Counted from the first letter of the stretch, positions 48,676-58,299 are shown. The stretch is DNA of 64,000 nucleotides from an uncultured Syntrophaceae bacterium (GCA_964578535.1 CAZODI010000008.1:1815-65814), one strand, 5' to 3'. The notes: generated by a model from the letters alone, not told the origin. Translations and numbers: made by a program.

Positions 48676-48690
48676 CTCCTGACCGAATCG

Positions 48691-48888
48691 TTACGGCGCG
48701 GTCTTGCCGCAAAGCGTTTCGTAGATATCGCTTGCCGCATGCTTGAACCGGTGAACGAGTTCCTCCGTGTCTTCCACGTCGACCGCCTGGCTCATGGATA
48801 TCCCCGTTCTCACGGCAAGTTCGAGCCGTCCCTTCAGCCCGGTTTTCTCAGTAACGAGTTCATAGATGCGCACCAGCTTTTCCCCCAC
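48691..48888 (-). CDS. Small conserved hypothetical protein A (65 aa)
   Basis: GTG start after GGAGGAG; MGEKLVRIYELVTEKTGLKGRLELAVRTGIS...GKTAP. Confidence 0.78.
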   Translation of the reverse strand: MGEKLVRIYELVTEKTGLKGRLELAVRTGISMSQAVDVEDTEELVHRFKHAASDIYETLCGKTAP

Positions 48889-48959
48889 CGTCTCCTCCGC
48901 ATCCGGTCCGGGGTATTCCGCTTCCGGAATTCACCGGCCATTCTGGTTGGTGTATCCGG

Positions 48960-49001
48960 ATTGTACGGATATTCACGATCTTGTCTGTGATGAAAATCAC
49001 A
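48960..49001 (-). promoter_or_regulatory. Crp box plus -10 element: class II Crp-type promoter of the mgl cluster
   Basis: TGTGA-TGAAAA-TCACA at 48986-49001; minus-strand TACAAT at 48965-48960; box centre about -41. Confidence 0.75.
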
Positions 49002-49341
49002 TTCGTATATTATTTCTATCGTCATTCTTCCGATGCCTCCGCCAATGACGCGGCAGGGACGCGGGAATGGATGGGCCGGCGTGAGAAAAAGGCACGGCGG
49101 GCCGGAGCGAGGAATGGGCAAAAGCGCGGATCGAGGGAACCTCTTGGGAAAGACATGAACAGGCTGGGAAAACCGGATCGCGATGATCCGTCAGGGCGCC
49201 AGGAAGGCCTTCGGCATGGCCGTCACGCGGGACGTGGCATCTGCACGCGCGGTGGTCTCCGTACCGGCCGTGGCCGGTCCGTTGAGTCGTACGGACCGGG
49301 CAGCGGCCGGCCGCATCGCGCATGCTATCATGCGGCTTCGT

Positions 49342-50640
49342 TCAGTAGAAGCGCAGGTTGTCGATCCAGAGGGATCCCCTTTTGTCCGCACGCTCGTCGA
49401 GGTCCGAGGGACAGACGCCAATCCGGATCGCCTCCACCCGCCCCAGGTCGAGGACCTGCCGGCCATGCCGGTAACCGGTGGCCTCGATGCCCTTGACCAC
49501 GATGATGCTCAGCTGATCGAAGGGGACCCGGACGGTCCGCCATTGCTCGCCCACGGGGTAGCGGGCAGACCACCGGTCCCGCATCCTCGGATTTTCGCGG
49601 TCCGAGATGTCGATGTTCGCGTAGGCGCGGGAAGGCTGGGAGGACCGGACCATGAACTCGATCCCTTTGAAGAGAGACAGGTCTCGCTTCCGGACGTTCG
49701 AAAGGGAGGGACATCCGGGCCCCTCGTACGGGTGCGTGAAATTGTAGTCCAGGCGGAGCGATTTCTTCGACCCGCCGGCCCCGCCGGTCATGTCGAGAAC
49801 CGTTTTGCCCACCCCTTTGCGCCACATTCCCATGTGCCACGAATAGTCCACGGATCCCGGCGCATACGATTCGAAGTCCTCCTCCAGGGCCTTCGCCTCG
49901 CGGCTTGCCTCGGCCCGGAAGAGCGGGACCAGCCCCTGGACGGCAACAACCGCCTGGCCCGTGGCCACATTGATGGCCCTCAGATGGACCTCCCAGGCGT
50001 CGCGCATCTCCGTCATCGTCCCCGTTACGATCAGGTCGGCCACCAGGAGCCTCGAGCGGGCATGGGCCGGGATCTCCGTGAGCCCGGAGGAGGCCAGTTT
50101 CATCTCTTCCATGACGGCCTGGATCTTCTGCCTCTCCACGACGACGAAGGACCCCGCTTCGACAAAGGCCGTACCCAGCTTTTCCGCCAGGATCGAGCCT
50201 GCCTCCCGGATGTTTCCCCTCAGGACCTCGATTTCGGCGACGGCGACTTTCTTCTTCGGAACGTCGATGACAAGGCCTGCCCCCGTTTTCAGGGCGGCTG
50301 CTTTTTCAAGGACAACCACAACGGTGTTTCCCGCAACCCTCCGGATCGTGCCCTTCTCTTCACCGATCACAATGGGCATGCCCTCCAGGAGAAGGGTCTT
50401 CCGGGCGATATCCTGGACGATGCGCTCGACGGGATCCGCGGAGGGTTTCCATTCCGGGGCCCGGCAGGCGAGGGTCACTTCCTTTCCGTCCACCGACTGC
50501 ACGGTTGCCGGAAGGGTCTGCACGGCCCCGAGGGCCTGTCCCTGAGGGGACGCGCCACACTCGGACACAGGCACGGTGAGGAGGAGAGCAGCGGCAAGGA
50601 GATGGAGTGCAGCCATCGGCAGGGTTCGGGTTCGCTTCAT
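49342..50640 (-). CDS. Secreted protein: CsgG/FlgO-like domain plus CIA30/CBM11-like domain
   Basis: Signal peptide; VAVAEI...FVVVERQKIQAVMEE...ADLIVTG; C-terminal SLRLDY...GIEFMV...WRTVRVPFDQL...LDLGRVEAIRI. Confidence 0.65.
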   Translation of the reverse strand: MKRTRTLPMAALHLLAAALLLTVPVSECGASPQGQALGAVQTLPATVQSVDGKEVTLACRAPEWKPSADPVERIVQDIARKTLLLEGMPIVIGEEKGTIRRVAGNTVVVVLEKAAALKTGAGLVIDVPKKKVAVAEIEVLRGNIREAGSILAEKLGTAFVEAGSFVVVERQKIQAVMEEMKLASSGLTEIPAHARSRLLVADLIVTGTMTEMRDAWEVHLRAINVATGQAVVAVQGLVPLFRAEASREAKALEEDFESYAPGSVDYSWHMGMWRKGVGKTVLDMTGGAGGSKKSLRLDYNFTHPYEGPGCPSLSNVRKRDLSLFKGIEFMVRSSQPSRAYANIDISDRENPRMRDRWSARYPVGEQWRTVRVPFDQLSIIVVKGIEATGYRHGRQVLDLGRVEAIRIGVCPSDLDERADKRGSLWIDNLRFY

Positions 50641-50987
50641 GATGCCTCCTGTGTGTTCGGAAGAGAAATGGGCGGGCACACGGCCCCGCCTGCGCGGGAA
50701 GTGTAAGAGAGCCGCCGGCGGGTGTCAATCGCAGATTGTGGCCCCGGTTGCGGCTTCGGCGACGGCCGCGGTTGCAAACCTGATCCGGAGGCGCATGTGT
50801 CGTGACGTCCGCACGGACGGCCGCACGGGGCCTGGAAATCGCATCCGTGGGTGTCATCAGGGATTGAAGCCCGGCCCGGATTCAGGTATGGAAGCCATAC
50901 CGGCCGGGAAGGCAAGCCGGCCGCACGGACAAACCTCTTCCCGGGCCTTTGTCGGGCCCGTCACGGCCTGTTCGAAAGGAGATGGAA

Positions 50988-52919
50988 ATGGATCGGCACC
51001 TGTTCACCCCCGGACGCATCGGAAACATGGAAATCAGGAACCGCATCGTCATGCTCCCCATGACGATGGGGTACTCGGAGCCCGACGGATCCGTCGGGGA
51101 CCGTTTCATCGCCTACTTCGCCGAGCGGGCGAAGGGCGGCACCGGCATGATCATTATCCCCTTCACCCCCATGTACGCCGGATCGCACATGGCGCCGGGC
51201 GTCTTCGACGACCGCTACCTGCCGGGAATCCGGCGGCTCACAGAGGCCATCCGGGCCCACGGGGCGAAGGCCGCCTGCCAGCTCATCACCTCCTACCATA
51301 TGGTCTTCCGGGACGGCGTGCCCGAGTTGATCGGCCCCTCGGCGGTCCCGAACCAGATGATGCGGGGAACCCCGCGGGCCCTCACGATCGAGGAGATCCA
51401 CCGGCTGGTCGACGACTACGGAAAGGCGGCCGGACGGGCACGCGCGGGCGGATTCGACGCCGTGGAGTTCATCGTCGGTGCGGGCTACCTGCTGAACCGC
51501 TTCCTGTCGCCCATCACGAACCAGCGCGAGGACAAGTACGGGGGAAGCCTGGAGAACCGGATGCGCATCGTCCTGGAGATCGTCGCCCGCATCCGCCGGG
51601 AGGTCGGCCATGACTTCCCGCTGGGGGTCCGCCTGAACCTGGAGGAGCAGATGCCGGGAGGGCACACCATCGAGGAGTCGAAAATCGTGGCCCGGGCCCT
51701 GGAGCAGGCGGGCATTGATTTTCTCAACACCTACACGGGCTGGCACGAATCGCGTGTCCCCACTGTGGCGTCCTTCGTGCCGAAGGGAGCCTTCGCCCCC
51801 CTGGCCGGGCAGATCCGGGGCGTCGTCGGCATTCCCGTCATCGCCTCCAACCGGATCAACGACCCGGAAACGGCCGAGCGGATCCTGGCGGACGGCCTCG
51901 CCGACTTCGTCGGAATGGGGCGGGCCCTGATCGCCGACCCGCACTTTGCCAACAAGGCAAAAGAAGGGCGCGCCGGGGAGATCGTCCCCTGCCTCGCCTG
52001 CGGCACCTGCCTGTCCGACATCATGGTCGTCTACAAGGACCCGCACTGCGGAGCCTCCGCAGGGTGCACCGTCAATCCGAGTACGGGGAAGGAGCTGCTG
52101 CATGCTGCGACGCCCGCCGTTCGTGCAAAAAAGGTCTTCGTGGCCGGCGGCGGACCCGCGGGCATCGAGGCGGCCATGACGGCGGCCGGAAGGGGGCACC
52201 GGGTCACCCTCTTCGAAAAGGAGCCGGAGCTGGGCGGCTGGATGCGGATCGGCTGCCTGCCGCCCCACAAGGAGGAGATCGCGAACCTCACCCGAAGCAT
52301 GGCACTCAGGGCCGCCGGGGCGGGCGTCGAATTCCGCCTGGGATGTGCCCTGGATCCCGGAACCGTGAAGAGCGAGCAGCCCGACGTCCTGGTCCTGGCT
52401 GTGGGCGCCGTCCCCATCGTCCCGAACATCCCGGGAGTGGACGCGGCCCACGTCGTTGCGGCCGAGGACGTCCTGACCGGGAAGAAGACCGTCCGGGGCC
52501 GTGTCGTCATCGTCGGCGGCGGCCTGGTGGGGTGCGAGACGGCGGAGTTCCTCGTCTCGAAGACGCAGGGTGTCGAGAGCGTCGCCGTCCTGGAGATGCT
52601 GGAGCGCCTGGCGCCGACGGTCGCAACGAGCTACAGGCCGTTTTTTCTGGGCATGCTGAAGATGCTGGGCATCCGTCTGGAGACCCGGACGACCGTCGAG
52701 GAGATCACCGCGCAGGGCGTGAAGGTGACCCGGAACGGGGAGTCCGAATTCATCGAGGCGGATGCCGTGGTCATTGCCGCAGGGCTCCGCCTCGACCCGG
52801 CGGTCATCGAGGGTTTCCGGGGAACGGCCCCGGAGGTCTACACCGTCGGAGACTGCGTCCGGCCCCGGATGATCCGGGAGGCCATGGAGGAAGGCCTGTC
52901 TGTCGGCCTGAAGATCTGA
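50988..52919 (+). CDS. NADH:flavin oxidoreductase, OYE family with Fe-S and FAD domains (FadH/BaiCD-like)
   Basis: LFTPGRIG...NRIVMLPM, NQREDKYGGSLENR, CLACGTC..CTVNP, VAGGGPAG, GGGLVGCE. Confidence 0.92.
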   Translation: MDRHLFTPGRIGNMEIRNRIVMLPMTMGYSEPDGSVGDRFIAYFAERAKGGTGMIIIPFTPMYAGSHMAPGVFDDRYLPGIRRLTEAIRAHGAKAACQLITSYHMVFRDGVPELIGPSAVPNQMMRGTPRALTIEEIHRLVDDYGKAAGRARAGGFDAVEFIVGAGYLLNRFLSPITNQREDKYGGSLENRMRIVLEIVARIRREVGHDFPLGVRLNLEEQMPGGHTIEESKIVARALEQAGIDFLNTYTGWHESRVPTVASFVPKGAFAPLAGQIRGVVGIPVIASNRINDPETAERILADGLADFVGMGRALIADPHFANKAKEGRAGEIVPCLACGTCLSDIMVVYKDPHCGASAGCTVNPSTGKELLHAATPAVRAKKVFVAGGGPAGIEAAMTAAGRGHRVTLFEKEPELGGWMRIGCLPPHKEEIANLTRSMALRAAGAGVEFRLGCALDPGTVKSEQPDVLVLAVGAVPIVPNIPGVDAAHVVAAEDVLTGKKTVRGRVVIVGGGLVGCETAEFLVSKTQGVESVAVLEMLERLAPTVATSYRPFFLGMLKMLGIRLETRTTVEEITAQGVKVTRNGESEFIEADAVVIAAGLRLDPAVIEGFRGTAPEVYTVGDCVRPRMIREAMEEGLSVGLKI

Positions 52920-52954
52920 AGGCCCGGACCTTCCCGGGCGGCAGCACGGAAGCC

Positions 52955-53653
52955 ATGCTGAAAAGACTCCTTACGAAAGCCCGGGACGCCCGCTGGATGT
53001 GGGACCTCCTCGGCCCCGTCTACAATCACCATATCTGTGGAGCGAACGCCGAGCTGTTCGAGGACATCTCCAGGCGGGCACCCCCCGGCTGCGGGGATTC
53101 CTGCCTGGAGGTCGGCACCGGCAGGGGGTACGTCGCCCTGAACCTGGCGGCGGCCCGTCCGGAATCGACGGTCACCGGCGTCGACTACTCCATCACGCAG
53201 GTCCGCTCCGCCGAGCGCCTGCGCCGGAAGAAGGGGGTCGCCAACTGCCGCTTCCGCCAGGCCGACGCCATGCACCTCCCCTTCGTGGACGCGTCCTTTG
53301 ACGGAGCCGTCACCGTCGGGTCCATCAAGCACTGGCCGGAGCCGCGACGGGGACTGGCCGAAATCCATCGCGTCCTCCGTCCCGGAGGATGGATGATCCT
53401 GTCCGAGACCGACCGGGAGGCGACGGACGGGGAGATCCGGGCCTACATGAAGAGGCTGAGCCCCTACCGCCCCCTGGATCCCGTACTGTTCTGGGGTCTC
53501 CGGAACATCATCTTCGGCGGGAGTTTTTCCGGCCGGGATCTTGCCGCCATGGCGGCCGACACGGGGTTCGGGGACATCGTCCTCACCGCGTCGGCGACCT
53601 GCCCGTACGCCGTCGTCGAAGCGAGGAAGAAAAAGGAGCCCGCATGCACCTGA
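52955..53653 (+). CDS. Class I SAM-dependent methyltransferase
   Basis: LEVGTGRG, GVDYS, ADAMHLPF.DASFD, EIHRVLRPGG. Confidence 0.88.
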   Translation: MLKRLLTKARDARWMWDLLGPVYNHHICGANAELFEDISRRAPPGCGDSCLEVGTGRGYVALNLAAARPESTVTGVDYSITQVRSAERLRRKKGVANCRFRQADAMHLPFVDASFDGAVTVGSIKHWPEPRRGLAEIHRVLRPGGWMILSETDREATDGEIRAYMKRLSPYRPLDPVLFWGLRNIIFGGSFSGRDLAAMAADTGFGDIVLTASATCPYAVVEARKKKEPACT

Positions 53654-54363
53654 AAAACGTCACCCTCAACCCGGACCGCTACCCGGTGCGGGACGTCTAC
53701 CCGTTTCATCTCCCCGCGTTTCAGCAGACGCAGGGCCTGCGCTTCGAGACCCCCGTCACGCTCTTCACCGGGGAAAACGGGACGGGGAAATCCACCCTGC
53801 TGGAGGCCATCGCCAGGCGCTCGGGCATTCACATCTGGCAGGCCGTCGAGGGAAGGCGGATCCGGCGAAACCCTTACGAAAAAAAGTTCTGCGAGTACAT
53901 CTCGGTGGAATGGGCGGATGGACGCGTGCCCGGCTCGTTTTTCGGATCGGCGGTCTTCCGCGATTTCGCGCGGATCATCGAGGAGTGGGCGGCGGCGGAC
54001 CCGGGCCAGCTGGATTACCTGGGGGGCCGCTCGTTTCTGACCCAGTCCCACGGCCAGTCGGTGATGTCCTTCTTCCGCGCCCGCTATGCCATTCGCGGCC
54101 TGTACCTGATGGACGAGCCGGAGACGGCCCTCTCGCCCCGCTCCCAGATCGAGCTGCTGGAGGTCCTTGCCGCCGCGGGGAAGGCAGGAAATGTCCAGTT
54201 CATCATGGCGACCCACTCGCCCATCCTGCTGGCCTGCCCCGGGGCCGTCATCTACAGCTTCGATCGCATTCCCATCGCACCGGTGAATTACGAGGACACG
54301 GAAAACTACCGGCTGTACCGGAGCTTCATGGAGAACCGGGAGAAGTACCTGGGCCGGGGATAG
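53644..54363 (+). CDS. ABC-type AAA ATPase (COG3910-like)
   Basis: GENGTGKSTLLE Walker A, QSHGQS signature, YLMDEPETALSP, ATHSPILL. Confidence 0.88.
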   Translation: MHLKNVTLNPDRYPVRDVYPFHLPAFQQTQGLRFETPVTLFTGENGTGKSTLLEAIARRSGIHIWQAVEGRRIRRNPYEKKFCEYISVEWADGRVPGSFFGSAVFRDFARIIEEWAAADPGQLDYLGGRSFLTQSHGQSVMSFFRARYAIRGLYLMDEPETALSPRSQIELLEVLAAAGKAGNVQFIMATHSPILLACPGAVIYSFDRIPIAPVNYEDTENYRLYRSFMENREKYLGRG

Positions 54364-54382
54364 ACGCCGCCGGCGGCCCGGG

Positions 54383-55543
54383 TCAGGAAGCCTCGCGGGT
54401 CCGCGCTGCGGCCTGTTTCGTCTCGCCGGGAACGGATACGGCCCGTCCAAACACGGGCACGATGAACGAGGCGGGGGCGAGATTCCGATCCTTCAGCGCT
54501 GCGGCGACCCCGTTCGACGCTTCGTCGAATCCGTCCCACCCCAGCTGAAACACCCGGAAATGGGCGGCGATGCTCACCCGGGCCCCCAGGTCCAGGTGCG
54601 CCTGGACCGCCTCGTCGGGCCCCATGTGCACACTCGCGAAACGCACGCGGGACGTCTCTTTCGACGCCTGCGGGTTGAACGGCGCGATCGGCAGGAGCGC
54701 CATCCGGATGGGGCCGAAGCGGCGGGCGATTTCATGGAAATGGGGTCCGTACCCGGTATCCCCGGCGAAGTAGACATTGCCCGACGGACCGGATACGACA
54801 AAGCCTCCCCATAGGGTTCGGTTGCGGTCCCAGAGGGTCCGGGAGGAGAAGTGCCGGGCGGGAACCATCGTCACGGTGACCTCCGGGGAAAGGCGTACCG
54901 TATCCCACCAGTCGATCTCCTCCACGGCGGGGATGCCCGTCTCCCGGATGAGATCCCGGCTGCCGAGGCTCGTCACCGCCCGCGGCACGCCCTTGCCGGC
55001 CAGGCGTCTCAGCGTGGCCAGGTCGAGATGGTCGTAATGGTTGTGGGACACAAGGACGACGTCGATGGACGGCAGATCCTCAAACCGGATGCCCGGCGGC
55101 TGGTAGCGCCGCGGTCCCGCCCAGGAGACGGGGCTGCACCGTTCCGACCAGATCGGATCGGTGAGAATGTTGAGGTCGTCCATCTGGATGAGGAAGGTGG
55201 CATGGCCGACGGGGGTGACGACGACGTCCCCCCGCGGTACGCGGGCCACCGGGGGAGGTCCTGCTGGAACCGCGGCCGTTTCCGGCCAGCGGGGCCAGTC
55301 GTCACTGAAAATCCAGCGCCATACCCAGCGGGAGAAGCCCCGCCGCTGCTCCGCTCCCTGCAGGGGGGGCGCCTCACCCGGCGCGGCGGGGTTGAAAAAG
55401 ACCTCGCCGTTGAAATGGTCGGAGATCTTCCAGTCCGCCGCGGCCGTGACACCCGGTTCGACCCGGGCCGCCTCGAAAAGGGCGATGCCCGCCAGGACGG
55501 CCAGGACAACGAACAATGCCCGCTTTTTCATCACGATCTTCAT
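54383..55543 (-). CDS. MBL-fold hydrolase (RomA/NAPE-PLD-like), exported
   Basis: GHAT, TDPIWSER.SP, SHNHYDHLD, PARHFS.R, YFAGDTGY. Confidence 0.9.
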   Translation of the reverse strand: MKIVMKKRALFVVLAVLAGIALFEAARVEPGVTAAADWKISDHFNGEVFFNPAAPGEAPPLQGAEQRRGFSRWVWRWIFSDDWPRWPETAAVPAGPPPVARVPRGDVVVTPVGHATFLIQMDDLNILTDPIWSERCSPVSWAGPRRYQPPGIRFEDLPSIDVVLVSHNHYDHLDLATLRRLAGKGVPRAVTSLGSRDLIRETGIPAVEEIDWWDTVRLSPEVTVTMVPARHFSSRTLWDRNRTLWGGFVVSGPSGNVYFAGDTGYGPHFHEIARRFGPIRMALLPIAPFNPQASKETSRVRFASVHMGPDEAVQAHLDLGARVSIAAHFRVFQLGWDGFDEASNGVAAALKDRNLAPASFIVPVFGRAVSVPGETKQAAARTREAS

Positions 55544-55830
55544 GCTGCTTCCGAAACAGGTATTTGGAGCCTGAAAAATAGGTCAACGTCCTTCGTATGT
55601 CAAATGCGTTTGAATCCGCTCCAAAGGATTTGAAATGACGATCCTTCCCGGGCGATCGGTCCGCCGGCCACCCGGCTGCAGGAGAGGCCGCGGCGTCGGC
55701 CCGGCAGAAGCCGCCCGGTCGAGGGGATATGGCCGCCGGTCAAGTTTCGTGCTAAACATTCCGATATATTGCAGTAGAGACCGTTCCCGACCCCAGCGGC
55801 TCCGAATCTCTCCTGCGAAAGGAACGCTCC

Positions 55831-56673
55831 ATGGTATCGGACCAGGCCATCGCACTGATCGACAAGGTTGAGAAGGCCCTCACCGGCACGATCCACGACC
55901 GGTTCCTCCAGCCGGAGATTTTCCGGACCCTCGACAACCCCGACGCCTCCCGGAACGAGATCGAGGCCTTGCGGGGCAAGATCGGCGATGAAATCTCCCT
56001 CGCCCTCTTCAGCATCGCCAACTCGGTCTATCTCGGAACGCTCCGCCGGGGAGACGCCAAGACGTTTTTCGAAGTCGTCAACCGCCTCGGCCTCCACCAC
56101 GTCAAGGCCCTGATTCTTACACTCGCCGTTCTTCACCACGGCCGCGGCGACGAGGAGCTGGAGCTCCTGTTCGCCCGTTCCTACGCCACGTCCGTCATGG
56201 CACAAATCCTGGCGGTCCAGATGGGATTCCGGGAGGAGGCGGTGCGAAAGGCGGAGTTGGGCGGGATGCTCCTGGAGATGGGTCGGAAGGGTCTTCTGGT
56301 CTACCGGAAAACGGTGGGAGACGAGGACGGAATCCTGAACAAGGACTTCATGGACGCCTACCACCCCTACCTCGGGGAGAGGCTTGCCGCATACTACGGG
56401 CTGCCGGCCTACGTCCGGTTCATGATCCGCACCCGCGCCCTGGTCCTCGATGATCGGGACCTGACGCTGTCCTCCGTGGTCCGCATGGCCCACGAGGCGG
56501 TCCAGGCCAGCTTCTACCGGTACGGCGGTCGTCTAGTCCTGATGTGCACGACCCCCCGGCCGGCGACGGACACGAGCCGTACCCTCGAGGCGATCGTCGC
56601 CGACAAGTTCCGGGCCGTGGGCCTGGAGGACCGCCTCAATATCATCCGGATCCCCTCCACCTCCGACCAATAA
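55831..56673 (+). CDS. HDOD domain-containing protein
   Basis: LFSIANSVYLG..., VVNRLGL..VK, LGGMLLEMG, HPYLG..LA..YGLP. Confidence 0.75.
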   Translation: MVSDQAIALIDKVEKALTGTIHDRFLQPEIFRTLDNPDASRNEIEALRGKIGDEISLALFSIANSVYLGTLRRGDAKTFFEVVNRLGLHHVKALILTLAVLHHGRGDEELELLFARSYATSVMAQILAVQMGFREEAVRKAELGGMLLEMGRKGLLVYRKTVGDEDGILNKDFMDAYHPYLGERLAAYYGLPAYVRFMIRTRALVLDDRDLTLSSVVRMAHEAVQASFYRYGGRLVLMCTTPRPATDTSRTLEAIVADKFRAVGLEDRLNIIRIPSTSDQ

Positions 56674-56733
56674 CAGACAAGACAGGAGGAGAAGCCGGCG
56701 AACCATCTTCCGGAAGGCCGTCAGGGTGCGCGG

Positions 56734-58299
56734 CTACGCGAAGGCCTCCGTCTCAAATCGTCGCAGGGCCATGTCCAGGGTTGCCCTGGCCCAGTTGAGC
56801 GGCGTGATCGGGGAGGGAAGCCAGTGGGACCGTCGTCCCATGATCACCGTGTTGATGCTTTCCGGGGGAAGCAGCGGATCAAGGACATCCCCGTTGGCCG
56901 CCAGGACGGACCCGCCGTCGAAGGATCCGGTCAACTGACCGAGAGCCCGCTTCAGGTGCACCATAGCCAGGAAACAGTCCTGATCCCTCCGTCTCCCGTC
57001 CCGAGCCGTCGAAGCCAGCTGCAGCCGGGCCAGTGCCAGGATGCTGTCGAAGAACCACTGGGCCTCGGTCCCAGGGATCAGGCTCTCCCCACGCCTGAGA
57101 AAGGCGTCCCGGGAAGAGGCCTCCTCCGTTCCGCCCTCCCGCGGGATTTCCTTTCTCTTTCCCGGACGCCGGATCCAATAGTTTCCCGACTGGTAGCTGT
57201 CGTTCCGGTAGCGCAGGATCCCGGCGGGTCCCCGCAGGGTCTCCACAATGGCGACAGCCTGCCTGAGCTCCGTCTCCCGCAGCCCCTCCAGCGGCGACGG
57301 AACCAGGAGGAAAAGAAGCGCCGAATCGGCCGTCCGGAACCGGACGTCGTATGGATCGTAGTCCGGCGACTCCCCGCCCAGCGCAAGCTGGCGTCGGACG
57401 GTCCTAAGCCCGCGGACAATCAGCCGGTCCAGGGACTCTGCGCGCCAGGCATCTTTCCACGGACGGCCGGAGGCATCTCGAAGCCGCCGGAAGCGGGCGC
57501 GGAATGCCTCGTCCCTGTTTCCATCCCGGGCATACAGCAGCCGTCTCCACGACTCCATGGCACGCGTGACCAGCCCGATGCTCGAGGTGTTCCGCCGCTC
57601 CACTTCCTCCCAGGCCCCCGCGTCCTCACCGGAAGCAAAGCGGGTCCGCTCGAAGAAGGCGGGGAAGCGGAGCAGGACATCTCCCCGGTCTCTGTTCAGG
57701 TCCTCCGAAACGACCAGACCCTGGCGGACCGCGTCCGCCAGAGCAATCAGGAACAGGCCGTGGGCGTCATTCTGCCGGTGGTTCCACACCTGGGGCCGTC
57801 CTTCGTCATCAAGGACGTCGTCCGGGCCATGGGGGTGGACATCGAAGCGGATGCGGGGCACCCGCATGATATCGGAAGCCAGGCGTGGATGGGCGATGAC
57901 GTCGTCGAACCGCCGGACTTGGGCCGGCGAGGCATAGTAGTCCCACAGCGCCAGGAGAAGACGCCTCGCGTCCCTTCGCGTTTCGGGGCGCTCCCGGAGG
58001 CTGAAAAAGACCCACACGGCATCACGGACCCAGACGGTGTCGTAGTGCGTCTCGTCCCGCTTCCCACCGGTCTTCCGGTCGGCAGCCCGGGCAAACCCCT
58101 CCGCTGTCAGGGGGATTTCCAGAGAAGGGGCCAGTTCCCGCCGGATCCCGCAGAGCGCCTCTTTCGTCAGGCGCCGGGAAACCCATGCCTCCACCCGCGG
58201 ATTGAAGACGACGATGAACTCGCCCTCCGGCGCGTGCACCAGCCGGTGTACCGGCCCGCGGGCCAGGCGTGCCTTCAGCACCGCGGTAGACTTTTTCAT
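56734..58299 (-). CDS. Glycoside hydrolase family 15 / phosphorylase kinase-like alpha-toroid protein
   Basis: VWVRD, QNDAHGLFL, DAGAWEE, SSIG, GILRYRNDSY, EAQW, TPLNWA. Confidence 0.8.
   Translation of the reverse strand: MKKSTAVLKARLARGPVHRLVHAPEGEFIVVFNPRVEAWVSRRLTKEALCGIRRELAPSLEIPLTAEGFARAADRKTGGKRDETHYDTVWVRDAVWVFFSLRERPETRRDARRLLLALWDYYASPAQVRRFDDVIAHPRLASDIMRVPRIRFDVHPHGPDDVLDDEGRPQVWNHRQNDAHGLFLIALADAVRQGLVVSEDLNRDRGDVLLRFPAFFERTRFASGEDAGAWEEVERRNTSSIGLVTRAMESWRRLLYARDGNRDEAFRARFRRLRDASGRPWKDAWRAESLDRLIVRGLRTVRRQLALGGESPDYDPYDVRFRTADSALLFLLVPSPLEGLRETELRQAVAIVETLRGPAGILRYRNDSYQSGNYWIRRPGKRKEIPREGGTEEASSRDAFLRRGESLIPGTEAQWFFDSILALARLQLASTARDGRRRDQDCFLAMVHLKRALGQLTGSFDGGSVLAANGDVLDPLLPPESINTVIMGRRSHWLPSPITPLNWARATLDMALRRFETEAFA

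Noticed and set aside
48962-48977. Second degenerate Crp-like site TGTAC-N6-TCACG
   Set aside because: 7 of 10 matches and coincides with the predicted -10 hexamer, which explains it.
50680-50950. Long intergenic regions inspected for c-di-GMP or other riboswitches (also 40499-40664, 62485-62934)
   Set aside because: No recognisable conserved aptamer motifs by eye; an Rfam/Infernal scan would be needed to exclude them.
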